Shown here one piece after another: positions 50,879-62,229 of a stretch of 64,000 nucleotides of DNA; the stretch's first letter is position 1, and each line of letters begins with the position of its first letter. The translations under genes were made by a program, and so were the position numbers. The stretch lies in contig OZ038378.1 in NCBI GenBank assembly GCA_964036045.1, forward strand, positions 108,810,001-108,874,000. The letters are read 5' to 3'. The notes under the pieces are model-generated. The model saw nothing but the letters and a program-made list of their open reading frames with translations, made no database searches and was not told the origin of the DNA. Source of the stretch: Eutreptiella sp. 'Long Island Sound 2002' (lineage: Eukaryota; Protista; Euglenida).

Positions 50879-51245
50879 TAGTGTGTCGTCACTACCGCTA
50901 CCGACTGTGCTGCGTAGGTGCCCCTCCTAACAGCAAGCTCCAAAAAATGGCACACCAGCACACCCTCCTTCATGCTCAGGTTCCCCTGTTTAAGCAACAC
51001 ATGATCCATTCTCAAGTTGTTCCATGCGTCCTCCACATCACTGTACATTCCACCCAGGTCCTCTGGCCCCAAAGTTTCCTCCAACTCCCCCCACCAGGTG
51101 GTCCCATCGAGGTCCCAATGCGGATGGGGTTGTTCAGGATTGGGTCAAGGAGGGGGTGCACAGATGAGTGGTAGTAACCTCAGCCCCCCCCTGTGAACAA
51201 GGCACGCATAATTGTAGCCAGCGGCTTGGTCATCCGCTACTGTTG
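50879..51245 (-). other. 367-bp inversion inside the helicase gene
   Basis: The minus strand encodes QQ*RMTKPLATIMRALF...KEGVLVCHFLELAVRRGTYAAQSVAVVTTHY, the segment expected between motifs III and V. Flanked by GCA (50876-50878) and TGC (51246-51248). Confidence 0.85.
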
Positions 51246-52779
51246 TGCCAGGATACCGGCGCGGCAACACGTGCGGTGGTGTGACTCGACTATTACGTGA
51301 GGTTTGTTGGTTGCAGGGGGCAAGCCAATCCGGTCAACCTTTTGAAAACGGTTGCTACCCTCGATCGGTTCCAAGGGCTGCAAGCCCCAGCCATCTTGGC
51401 CTCCCTAGTGTCTGCCACACCAGGGATCATGCATAACATCTAGAGGTCAAACACCCTGACCAGCAGGGCGCAATCGGAGCTGCACCTGTTCGGGCGATTT
51501 GCACTGGAAGAACCACCCCACCCGCAGTGTATGGATGGCTGCATTGCACGCTGTGCAGTGGGAAGCAGGCTCTGCGACTGTGAGCGACACCCTTGAGCTG
51601 GCTCTGAGGGAGGGTCGTTGAAAAGGTCATGCATGGCACAATCTACCGGTTGGCCGGGGGGTGGTGGGGCACTGGCTGTGGAAGCCATGGAAGAGGCACA
51701 ATAGGGGACGTGACCCATGGGGGTATTCACCAGGCAGTGGTGATCGGTTGCTTGACTTTGAGCACATCATGGCCAAAACTACGAAGGATGAGGTGGCGGT
51801 TCGTGTGAAGGATCCCATGAGGAACGTTGTGAAACCGCACCTTTTTGGGGTCATCCTCCTTGCCTTCACCAAGTGGGCGCTGCCCTGCCACCTTGTTGAG
51901 GACGATGGACAGTTTGTTGGGGACTGCGGGGGACTGGTGAGGGTAACCCACAGAACTCACCTCAAACCGTGGGAGCAGAGACTCCTCCAACACTTGGCGG
52001 GAAAGCCCCTCTTCCACAAGCAGAAGTACCAACTTAAGGACAAAGTAGGGACGTACCGCAGGATCGACTTGCCCTTGTGCAGGGTGCGTACGGCTGCCTG
52101 GATATGGTGCGGCTCTCGCGTGGGGACTTCTATACCCCTCTTGGGTTGTACGTGGCATCCCTGCTCCGGGGGTTAACCGTTGCCATGAGAGCCTTGGGGT
52201 GTGTGCACCAGTGCAGGTGCATCGGGAGGAAGCCGTCCAATGTGTTCCCAATGGTGGTGAGTGGTAGTGTTGTGACGTGTCGTGGATGGTCAGAGGCCCT
52301 AGGCCAATGCATGTTCTTGTAGAAAAACCTTTAGGCAACATGCAGGCCTGGCGCCAGGGCCAATACTGCATGGAAACCATGCTGCCTCAGAGGGTGAGCT
52401 TAGATGCGCCCCAGAATGTAACCCTTCACCCTATGGGGCAGCTTGCACCCCTCGGGTACACACATGTGACCAGAGCCATGTGATCGCCACCATCTTTGCT
52501 GTTTTTGTGCCTTGACTACCTTTGTGTGCAATGGGATATGCTGGGTTGCAAGGTACGAGTGTGTGACAAGCGGCAAGCCACGGCATGTATAAGAGACATA
52601 ACATGGATCAATACAGCACATGCCCATGGCTGCACTTTGGACGCAATGGATCTGACGACCGCAAGATGCACATCCTCATGGCCACGCCATGTACATGGCT
52701 GCCAGAAGATTTAGGGAACGCTCCAGAGTCTTCAGAAAAAGTGGTGGAGGGGTGGCTAGAGGAGAAGGGTGAAAACACG

Positions 52780-54988
52780 CCAATTATTATGGGGGTCTAG
52801 ACCCCCCTAGGAATTGACGCATGGGCATGCGTCAATTATTTAGGGTGTCTACACCCCTCAAACAATTGACGCATGGGTATGCGTCAATTATTTAGGAGGT
52901 CTACACCCCCCAACTAATTGACGCATGGGCATGCGTCAATTTTTTCGGGGGTCTAGACTCGCCTAGGAATTGAATTGACGCATGGGTATGCGTCAATTAT
53001 TTGTGGGGTCTGGACCCCACTAGGAATTGACGCACCGGTATGCGTCAATTTTTCAGGGGGTTTACACCCGCCCTAGGAATTGACGCATGGATATGCATCA
53101 CTTATTTGGGGGGTCTAGACCCCCCTAGGAATTGACACATGGGTATGCGTCAATTTTCAGGGGGTCTGCACCCCCCCTAGGAGTTGACGCATGGGTATGC
53201 GTCAATTATTTTGGGTGTCTACAACCCCCTAGGAACTGACGTATGGGTATGCGTCAATTATTTTGGGGATCTAGACCCCCCTAGGAATTGACGCTTGGGT
53301 ATTCGTCAATTATTTTGGGGGTCTAGACCCCCCTAGGAATTGACGCATGGGTATGCGTCAATTATTTTGGGGGTCTAGACCCCCCTAGGAATTGACGCAT
53401 GGGTATGCGTCAATTATTTCGGGGGGCTACGACCCTCAAATGATTCACGCATGGGTAGGCGTCAACTGTTTGGAGGGTGTAGACCCCCCAGATAGTTGAC
53501 GCATGGGTATGCGTCAATTATTTCGGGGGTCTAGACCCCCCTAGGAATTGACGCATGGGTATGCGTCAATTATTCAGGGGATCAGAACCCCCAAATAATT
53601 GACGCATGGGTATGCGTCAATCATTTGAGGGGTCTAGACCCCCCTAGGAGTTGACGCATGGGCATGCGTCAATTATTTAGGGGGTCTGAACCCTTGAAAT
53701 AATTGACGCATGGGTATGCGTCAATTATTTGAGGGCTCTAGAACCCCCTAGGAATTGACGCATGGGTATGCATTGATTATTTAGGGGGTCTGAACCCGTG
53801 AAATAATTGACGCATGGGTATCCGTCAATTATCTTGGGGGTCTACACCTCCCAAATAATTGACGCAGGGGCACGCTTCAATTATTTTGGGTGTCTAGACC
53901 GCCCTACGAATTGTTGCATGGGAATGCGTCAATTATTGCGGGGGGCTACGACACTCAAATGATTCACGCATGGGTAGGCGTCAATTGTTTGGGCGGTGTA
54001 GACCCCCCCAAAAGTTGACGCATGGGTATGCCTCAATTATTTGGGGGGTCTAGACCCCCCTAGGAATTGACGCATGGGTATGCATCAATTATTTAGGGGG
54101 TCAGAACCCCCAAATAATTGACGCATGGGTATGCGTCAATCATTTGAGGGGTCTAGACCCCCCTAGGAATTGACGCATGGGTATGCATCAATTATTTAGG
54201 GGGTCCGAACCCTTGAAATAATTGACGCATGGGTATGCGTCAATTTTTTGAGGGGTCTAGACCCCCCTAGGAATTGACGCATGGGTATGCATCGATTATC
54301 TAGGGGGTCTGAACCCCTGAAACAATTGACGCATGGGTATCCGTCAATTATCTTGGGGGTCTACACCTCCCAAATAATTGACGCAGGGGCATGCGTCAAT
54401 TATTTTGGGGGTCTAGACCACCCTAGGAATTGTTGCATGAGTTTGTGTCAATTATTTCAGGGGGCTACGATCCTCAAATGATTCACGCATGGGTAGGCGT
54501 CAATTGTTTGGGGGGTCTAAACCCCCCAACTAATTGACGCATGGGCATGCGTCAATTATTTGGGGGGTCTAGACCCCCTAGGAATTGACGCATGGGTATG
54601 TGTCAATTATCTCGGGGGGCTACATTCGCAAAATAATTCACGCATGGGTAGGCGTCAATTGTTCGGGGGGTGTAGACCCCCCGAATAATTGACGCATGGG
54701 TATGCGTCAATTATTCGGGGGCTCTAGACCCCCCTAGGAATTGACGCACGGGTATGCATCGATTATTTAGGGGGTCTGAACCCCTGAAACAATTGACGCA
54801 TGGGTATGCGTCAATTATCTTGGGGGTCTACACCTCCCAAATAATTGACGCAGGGGCATGCGTCAATTATTTTGGGGGTCTAGACCACCCTAGGAATTGT
54901 TGCATGAGTTTTTGTCAATTATTTCAGGGGGCTACGATCCTCAAATGATTCACGCATGGGTAGGCGTCAATTGTTTGGGGGGTCTAAA
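52780..54988. repeat. 52-bp double-palindrome satellite, left block (~42 monomers)
   Basis: Consensus ctagacccccctaggaattgacgcatgggtatgcgtcaattattttgggggt; period 52 (53321/53373). Confidence 0.97.
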
Positions 54989-57300
54989 GGTAGGTAGGTA
55001 GGTATCTTCGGGAGCTCGGGATGCCTCCTTTGACATTGCAGGAAGAAGGTCTTACCAAGGGGACGTCCTGTCCCTCCCACTGCCCTATGTCAGGTGCCTC
55101 TTGAGCCGCTCCCGCATGTGCTTGGGAAGGCATTGTCGCGGCCACCCGGTCCATGTGTCCCGGGTGGGAGGGTGTCCCCACATGTGTCCATGGGTAGGGC
55201 CACATGCCCCCTCCTTTGGGTGGCAGCTCTGGGGGGCTGCCCAGCCGTGTGGAGTATCTCTCACCACAAGGGGTATTGCTCCCGCTTGTCTACGGTACGA
55301 CCGCCTCACCCTTGTGGCTTGAGTTGCGGGGCCACTCTGCTTGGCAGGTGACCCCCTCCTGGACTGTGTACCGGCTCGCCTGTCACCGGTTGCTTCCATG
55401 GCTCCGGGTGACGTTTGCCATGGTCCCCGATGCAGCCTGGCCGGGCTCGGACCAGTGGCCTTGGAGTACCGCTCCTGCCACTGGCCCGGTGGGTCGGCTG
55501 GGTCGCCCCAGTGCGTCCGACCCATGGGGTATTGGTTCTTTCCTGTCCCTCGGGCGCCCTACGTGTGTGCAGTGTCCTGGGCCGCTGGGCTCCTGTTCAC
55601 CGGTGTGCCCGCGCGGTTTGCTGTGGTGCGTCTGCGGTGTGCTGGGCCAGCTGGCTCCTGTTCACCGGTGTGCTCGCTCAGTGTGTTGTGTTGCATGTGC
55701 GGTGTCCTGGGCCACTGGGCTCCTGTTCACCGGTGTGCGTGCTGTGTGCGGTGCGCGTGTGCCATGGGTGGTTGTGTCCCTCTTCCTCCCCCCCTAATTT
55801 TCGTTTTTTTTTGTTTTTTTTTCTTGTTTTTTTTTACTTGTTTTTTTCTTTTTTTGGGAAAAAAAAGGAAAAAACAAAAAAGAGAAAAACAGGGGCGCGC
55901 GTACACTGCAGGCACAGGCACGGGCACCTGGTGCGGCAGTGCAATAGCGTTGTGTCCTCTGGCGTGTGTCGTCGGTGCTGTGGCGGCGGTCGCGCCCCAG
56001 GGGTGCGGCTCGCGTGTCCTGATGTACACGGGTATGGGTCAGGGTGGGTTTGGTTAGGTGTCTCTTTGCGTCTGGCGCTGGCTGGTTAGGCGGCTGTGTG
56101 GGCTGTGGCTGTGGGCTGTGTCTACGTATTTCCCTCAGCGGGCCTGGTTTGGAGTCAAGGGTTGACGGTTTGGGGGTGTGGCTCGGGTTTGATTTGTGTT
56201 GGGGCTTCGGCTCAGTTAGGCTTGGGTCAGGGTGGGTTTGGTGAGGTGTCTCTTTGCTTCTGGAGCTGGCTGGTTAGGCGGCTGTCTGGGCTGTGGGTGT
56301 GGGCTGTGGTTTCGGTGTTCCCTCGGCGGGCTTGGTTAGGAGTCAAGGGTTAGCGGTTTTGGGGTGTGGCTCGGGTTTGATTTGTGCTTGGGTTCTGGCT
56401 CGGTTAGGCGGTTGCGCGGGGCCGGGCGTGTGGGTAGCGGCGTCCACGGGGTCGTGCGCCCGAGGCGAGTGCGGGGTGGTGCGTGCGGGCCGGCCGGTGG
56501 CCGGTGGCCTCACTGGGAGTCCCACACGGAGGGGTCGACGGGCGTGCCGGGGGCGTACGCAGCGTGCAGGTTGGGCAGCAGCGGGCGCACGTGCAGGGCG
56601 TCGGCGTGCCCGATGAGGACCTCACTGGGGACCGAGGGGTTGGCGGCAAGCAGTATGCGATGCCCGGGAGGGGTGGCGGCGAGGAGCGGGAGGATGTCCG
56701 CGGCCCGCGACGTGGGGGCGAACACGACGTGGGCCGGGTGCGGCCCCGGGAGCGGTGCCGGGGGGAGCGGGATCACAGGACGGCGGTCTACTGTGAGGTG
56801 CCAAGTGGCGCGATGGTGGAGGAGCCGGACTAGGGCGATGTTGTGGCGCAGTGTGTGGGGTTGGGTGCTGGGCGGCGTGGGGACGTGCGACGGGAGGGGG
56901 GGGGGGGGCGGGGCGGTGGCGTGGGAGGGGGCACGGCGGAGGAGTGGCGCCAGCGACGTGTGTGTCGTGCTGAGGGTGGAGAGGAGCCCACGGTAGCGGG
57001 CCTGGGTTCGGCGTCTTTGGGCTTAGTGGTGCTCGTTGTCGTGTGTGTTGGCTTCCTTCGGCGTCCGGTTCGTTTGGTGACTTCTGGGCGGGGCGTGGCG
57101 TGGCGCCCCGTGGTGGTGGTTTGCTGGGTAACGGGGTTAGATGGCGGCGCCGCTGGCCGGGGGGTCAGGCGCGTCGTGTTGTGTGGCGCGCAGGGCTCCT
57201 CGGGTGCTGTGGGTGTCGCCGGTGTCGGTGCGCCGACGCTTGTGGGGTGGTGAGGGGGTGTGTGCGTGCGGGGCTGGGCTTTGGGTGATGTCCCACAGGC
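54989..57300 (-). mobile_element. 2.3-kb insertion in the satellite; putative 5'-truncated retroposon (non-LTR-like)
   Basis: (TACC)4 tail on the minus strand at 54989-55004; 95-bp flanking duplication (54894-54988 = 57301-57395, one mismatch); GC-rich open frame ~57030-56510; internal 188-bp and ~66-bp tandem repeats. No RT motif seen. Confidence 0.6.
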
Positions 57301-59728
57301 GAATTGTTGCATGAGTTTGTGTCAATTATTTCAGGGGGCTACGATCCTCAAATGATTCACGCATGGGTAGGCGTCAATTGTTTGGGGGGTCTAAACCCCC
57401 CAACTAATTGACGCATGGGCATGCGTCAATTATTTGGGGGGTCTAGACCCCCTAGGAATTGACGCATGGGTATGTGTCAATTATCTCGGGGGGCTACATT
57501 CGCAAAATAATTCACGCATGGGTAGGCGTCGATTGTTCGGGGGGTGTAGACCCCCCGAATAAGTGACGCATGGGTATGCGTCAATTATTCGGGGGCTCTA
57601 GACCCCCCTAGGAATTGACGCACGGGTATGCATCGATTATTTAGGGGGTCTGAACCCCTGAAACAATTGACGCATGGGTATCCGTCAATTATCTTGGGGG
57701 TCTACACCTCCCAAATAATTGACGCAGGGGCATGCGTCAATTATTTTGGGGGTCTAGACCACCCCAGGAATTGTTGCATGAGTTTGTGTCAATTATTTCA
57801 GGGGGCTACGATCCTCAAATGATTCACGCATGGGTAGGCGTCAATTGTTTGGGGGGTCTAAACCCCCCAACTAATTGACGCATGGGCATGCGTCAATTAT
57901 TTGGGGGGTCTAGACCCCCTAGGAATTGACGCATGGGTATGTGTCAATTGTCTCGGGGGGCTACATTCGCAAAATAATTCACGCATGGGTAGGCGTCAAT
58001 TGTTCGGGGGGTGTAGACCCCCCGAATAATTGACGCATGGGTATGCGTCAATTATTCGGGGGCTCTAGACCCCCTAGGAATTGACGCACCGGTATGCATC
58101 AAGTATTTAGGGGGTCTACATCCCTAAAATAATTGACGCATGGGTATCCGTCAACTATTTGGGGGGTCTAGACCCCCCTAGGAATTGACGAATGGGTATG
58201 CGTCAATTATTTCGGGGGGCTACAACCCCCAAATAATTCACGCATGGGTAGGCGTCAATTGTCTGAGGGGTGTAGACCCCCCGAATAATTGACGCATGGG
58301 TATGCGTCAATTATTCGGGGGGTCTACACCCGTGAAATAATTGACGCATGGGTATCCGCCAATTATCTTGGGGGTCTACACAACCCAAATAATTATCTTC
58401 GGGGTGTAGACCCCCCTAGGACTTGTTGCAAGGGTATGCCTCAATTATTTGGGGGGTCTAGACCCCCCCTAGGAATTCATGCATGCTTATGAGTCAATTA
58501 TTTAGGGGTCCTACATCCCCCTAGGAATTGACGCTGCGGTATGTGTCAATTATTTAGGGGCTCGACACCCCCCTAGGAAATGACGCATGGGTATGCGGCA
58601 ATTATTTTGGGGGTCTAGACCCCCCTAGGAATTGACGCATGGGTATGCTTCAATTATTTTGGGGGGCTACACCCCCCAAATAATTCACGCATGGGTAGGC
58701 GTCAATTGTTTGCGGGGTGCAGACCCCGCGAAAAATAGACGCATGGGTATGCGTCAATTATTTGGGGGTTCTAGACCCCCAAATAATTGACGCATGGGTA
58801 TGCGTCAATTATTTGGGGGGTCTACACCCCTAAAATAATTGACGCATGGTTATCCGTCAATTATCTCGGGGCCTACACCCCCCAAATATTTGACACAGGG
58901 GCAGGCGTCAATTATTTTGCGGGTCTAGACCCCCCTAGAATTGACGCATGGGTAGGTGTCAATTATTTGGGGGGTCTAGACCCCCTGGGGTTTCATGCAT
59001 GCTTCTGCGTCAATTATTTAGGGGTCCTAATCCCCCCCTAGGAATTGACGCATGGGTATGCCTCAATTACTTAGGGGCTCTACACCCCCCAAATGGTTGA
59101 CACATGGGTATGCGTCAATTATTTTGGGGGTTCTAGACCCCCAAATAATTGACGCATGGGTATGCGTCAATTATTTGGGCGGTCTACACCCCTAAAATGA
59201 TTGACGCATGGTTATCCGTCATCTATATCGGGGCCTACACCCCCCAAATATTTGACGCGGGGGCATGCGTCAATTATTTTGGGGGTCTGGACCCCCTAGG
59301 ATTGACACATGGGTAGGGGTCAATTATTTGGGGGGTCTAGACCCCCCTGGGGTTTCATGCATGCTTCTGCGTCAATTATTTAGGGGTCCTACATCCCCCT
59401 AGGAATTGACGCATGGGTATGCCTCAATTACTTAGGGGCTCTACACCCCCCAAATAATTGACACATGGGTATGCGTCAATTTTTTTGGGGGTCTAGATCG
59501 CCCTAGCAATTGACACATGGGTATGCGTCAATTATTTGGGGGGTCTAGACCCCCAAATAATTGACGCATGGGTATGCGTCAATTATTTTTGGTGTCTACA
59601 CCCCCCTAGGAATTGACGCATGGGTATGCGTCAATTACTCCGGGGGTCTAGACCCCCCAACTAATTGACGCATGGGTATGCGTCAATTATTTAGGGCGTC
59701 TAGACCCCCCTAGGAATTGACGAATGGG
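57301..59728. repeat. 52-bp double-palindrome satellite, right block (~47 monomers)
   Basis: Same monomer as the left block; 467-bp higher-order repeat (57301/57768) and a 363-bp repeat (58771/59134). Confidence 0.97.
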
Positions 59729-61125
59729 CACGTGGGGACTGGAACCATCGCGTGGCCAACTTGCAGTGAATCGGGCCGCGTGGACAAGTGTGGCACGTCA
59801 GTCCCCCTTCTGTGGTTTCATCCATGCGATGTCTCCTTGTAGTTTGTTTTGCCTTACTACACCCTTTGAGGTGTACATTCGTGTTCTGTCGCCGCAACCT
59901 TGCTATTGTTGGCATCAGAAGCCAATTCACCCGCCTACAATAATGTGTGCCTTTTAGCCACAGCAGTTAGTTTTGGTCCAAGCCCTTGCGCTTCGCGACC
60001 AAACCTTGTCCTAACCGCTGCGAGCCACTAAGCCGCAGCACTTCGTTTGTGGTCATAGCCATAGCGCTCTTGACACAAACACACCCACAACGGCGTCTCG
60101 TGGACCAGCTGGTGAACCTAAGGAGAAGCCAAGCTCGAACTTTGAGTACCAAGGACCTGCGCTTGATTGCCCAGCGGAGTTGTGGGAGCCCCATAGTGGT
60201 CACGGTTGTGGACCTTGCAAGGCACGAAGGCCACCCAAACCGCTAACAGTTGTGGTGCACGAGCCCAGCAATGGACCAGCCTCCTGAGTGGCCACCGGAG
60301 CACTTACCGGAGCCCGCAAGAAAGAAGTATGGACTTTTGCTGGCCACAAGACAATTAAGATGAGAATCCACCCCTGAGGTGGCAGGACAGCTATGGACAC
60401 CGTTGAGGGCCCGCATGGCATCATGTGACCTTGAAGTGATGAATCACCATGGTGCCAGGCCATTGTGCCGGTTCGTGTACACCGAGCATGGGTTTGCCAT
60501 GCCCACCATGCATGATGGGGGCAGCCACGTGCACTACCGGCACGTTGGTGGTGTAACCAACTCCCTGGCATGTATTGCAGCGCAAGGACATGGAACACCA
60601 GACCGCATGCCCCAGGTCTGCCACACCGGTGAGTCACCTTGCATTGCATCGAGAGTGGACCCTACAGGGGTTCTCACGCCACAGTCCACTGCCACCCCTG
60701 CACTGGTGAACGATGCATGTTTGACACCGGCAGCTAGTGATGGAGGGGTGGCGAGTTCCTTGGAGGAGTCCCCTATACCACTTGCAGAGAAACCCATGGA
60801 GCCGGTTGCTGTGGACTATAGTCGTGGTAGGACAGGCACTGTGGCAACAGTGAAGGCATGCAGTCAGTCTAGTGCTGATTTTGTCACCACCCTAGTTGAA
60901 TACCCGAGGTCATTGGAGCAGAGCCCGGTGAGCAAGAAGTGACCACGGATTACACCCCGGAGTAATGGAGCTCCCCTGAAATATGCCCAGAAAGAGCAAG
61001 GCAGAAAGACAGTTCCGATAGATCCAGATGATACTCCATTGGACAAGGTGGATAAGAGGCCCAGCAAGGCCAAGGAAGGCAAAGACCTGCCAACCGTCAG
61101 GTCCTTGAAACTACACATTTTACGA

Positions 61126-61600
61126 GACCAGTACGTTGCAGGGGCATGATTCTCGTATGCCGTGGCCCAAAGCCCGCATGAGATTAGCAATGAAGTCCCC
61201 TTGCACGACGCATCGCTGCGGGCAAAAGCCATTGGCGTGTATCGCGAAATGTGTGGGCTTTCAATTCAGGAGTCTGCACTATCTTTGAACCGGGATCTTG
61301 AGAAGGACACATGGGGTGGCCGGCTCCAAGGGGGATTGCTTGACCACTTTGCTAGTTTGGCAAAGCAGGTGGATGGTAGTGTGGTGATGTTGCGAACAAA
61401 CATGTGCAACATTGTGACGCCAGCTTTTGGAATGGACAGCGAATTGACATCCGCTACTGATTGCGTGCCTTGACGTGACGTTCCTCTGTGCGTCTGTGGC
61501 TGTGGAGATATGGAGGAGCACTGCCACCGGGCACCGGTGGTGGTTATTGCAGAGGCGGTACGAGATGGTTTCAAAGGTGGTGGTCATTCCCGGGGTGCAG
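61126..61600 (+). pseudogene. OTU-like cysteine protease domain
   Basis: VAGA*FSYAVAQ (TGA at 61147, where the catalytic Cys of GxGxCxFxAxA is expected), DTWGG...ASLAKQVDGSVVML, GGH. Confidence 0.5.
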
Positions 61601-61715
61601 TCTTTGATCATTCGCTGCAGGTAGCCCCCTTTTGCACATTGCATGGGATGATGAGCATCTTGCCATATAACCGTGGGCCGGGTGGGGGGTTTAGAGCGCG
61701 GAATTTGCAGTAGGG

Positions 61716-62222
61716 GTGGGCGGTATGAAGGGCCACACCAATGCAAGAGACACTCGTCTAGTGCAACAAACGCGCAACTACAAGGCATTGGCGACCTTGG
61801 TGAACGGAATTGCAAGGGAGATGTTGCCTGAATGGTTCACATGGACTACCATGCAATTGTCTTGCAATGTCCTCACAAAACCACATTCGCATGTGCATGA
61901 CACGTTCCCTTGGTCGGCAGTGTTTTCCACAGTACAACACACACGGGAACAATTATGGGTGGAGGTGGGTGGTGTATGTAATGCTCTGGGTGGACGGAGA
62001 TGTAGTATGCAGTGCTTGGATGGTGTTACCTGGGATGGCGCCACGTACGATGTATCCCAACAACCGGTTCTGGTACGTATGGGTGCATGGCATGGCACTT
62101 GTTGTTGGCACGGTGAGAGGAGGTTGGTGGTGTTATACTCCCGTGGTGACTGGCGAACACTCCCGCCATGCGATCGTGCATTCCTCAATGAGGCTGCATT
62201 CCGCTTACATGCAGGTGCGTAG
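61716..62222 (+). pseudogene. 2OG-Fe(II) dioxygenase-like domain
   Basis: FTWTTMQLSCNVLTKPHSH (HxD with D to H), LWVE..G, WHGTCCWHGERRLVVLY (distal His plus 2OG-binding Arg). Confidence 0.7.
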
Positions 62223-62229
62223 TGGGCTA

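Larger units (their letters stand above)
48625..52779 (+). pseudogene. 5' half of a giant polyprotein: Pro/Ala/Gln repeats + Upf1/DNA2-like superfamily 1 helicase + unassigned domain
   Basis: Motif I GGAGTGKS, Ia LMTAPTNAHVHNL, II FADEASR, III GDVGQLRP, IV LAQQ*RM (inverted), V VATLDRFQG (~51352), VI I*RSNTLTSRA...LFG. Stops and frameshifts present. Confidence 0.85.

Noticed and set aside
48625-52779. Helitron Rep-helicase
   Set aside because: The motifs (DEAS, GDxxQLxP, QYRM, DxFQG) are Upf1/DNA2-type, not PIF1-type, and no HUH Rep motif was seen.
56033-56411. Telomeric repeat tract
   Set aside because: TTAGG-like words are scattered inside a 188-bp duplication and do not form a tandem (TTAGGG)n run.
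54281-59041. Short ORFs such as MHRLFRGSEPLKQLTHGY... (54281, 54754, 57628, 58289, 58787)
   Set aside because: They are translations of the satellite monomer.
52780-59728. CRISPR array (palindromic ~30-bp repeat with intervening sequence)
   Set aside because: The intervening segments are variants of one sequence rather than unique spacers, they recur in higher-order repeats, and no cas genes are present.
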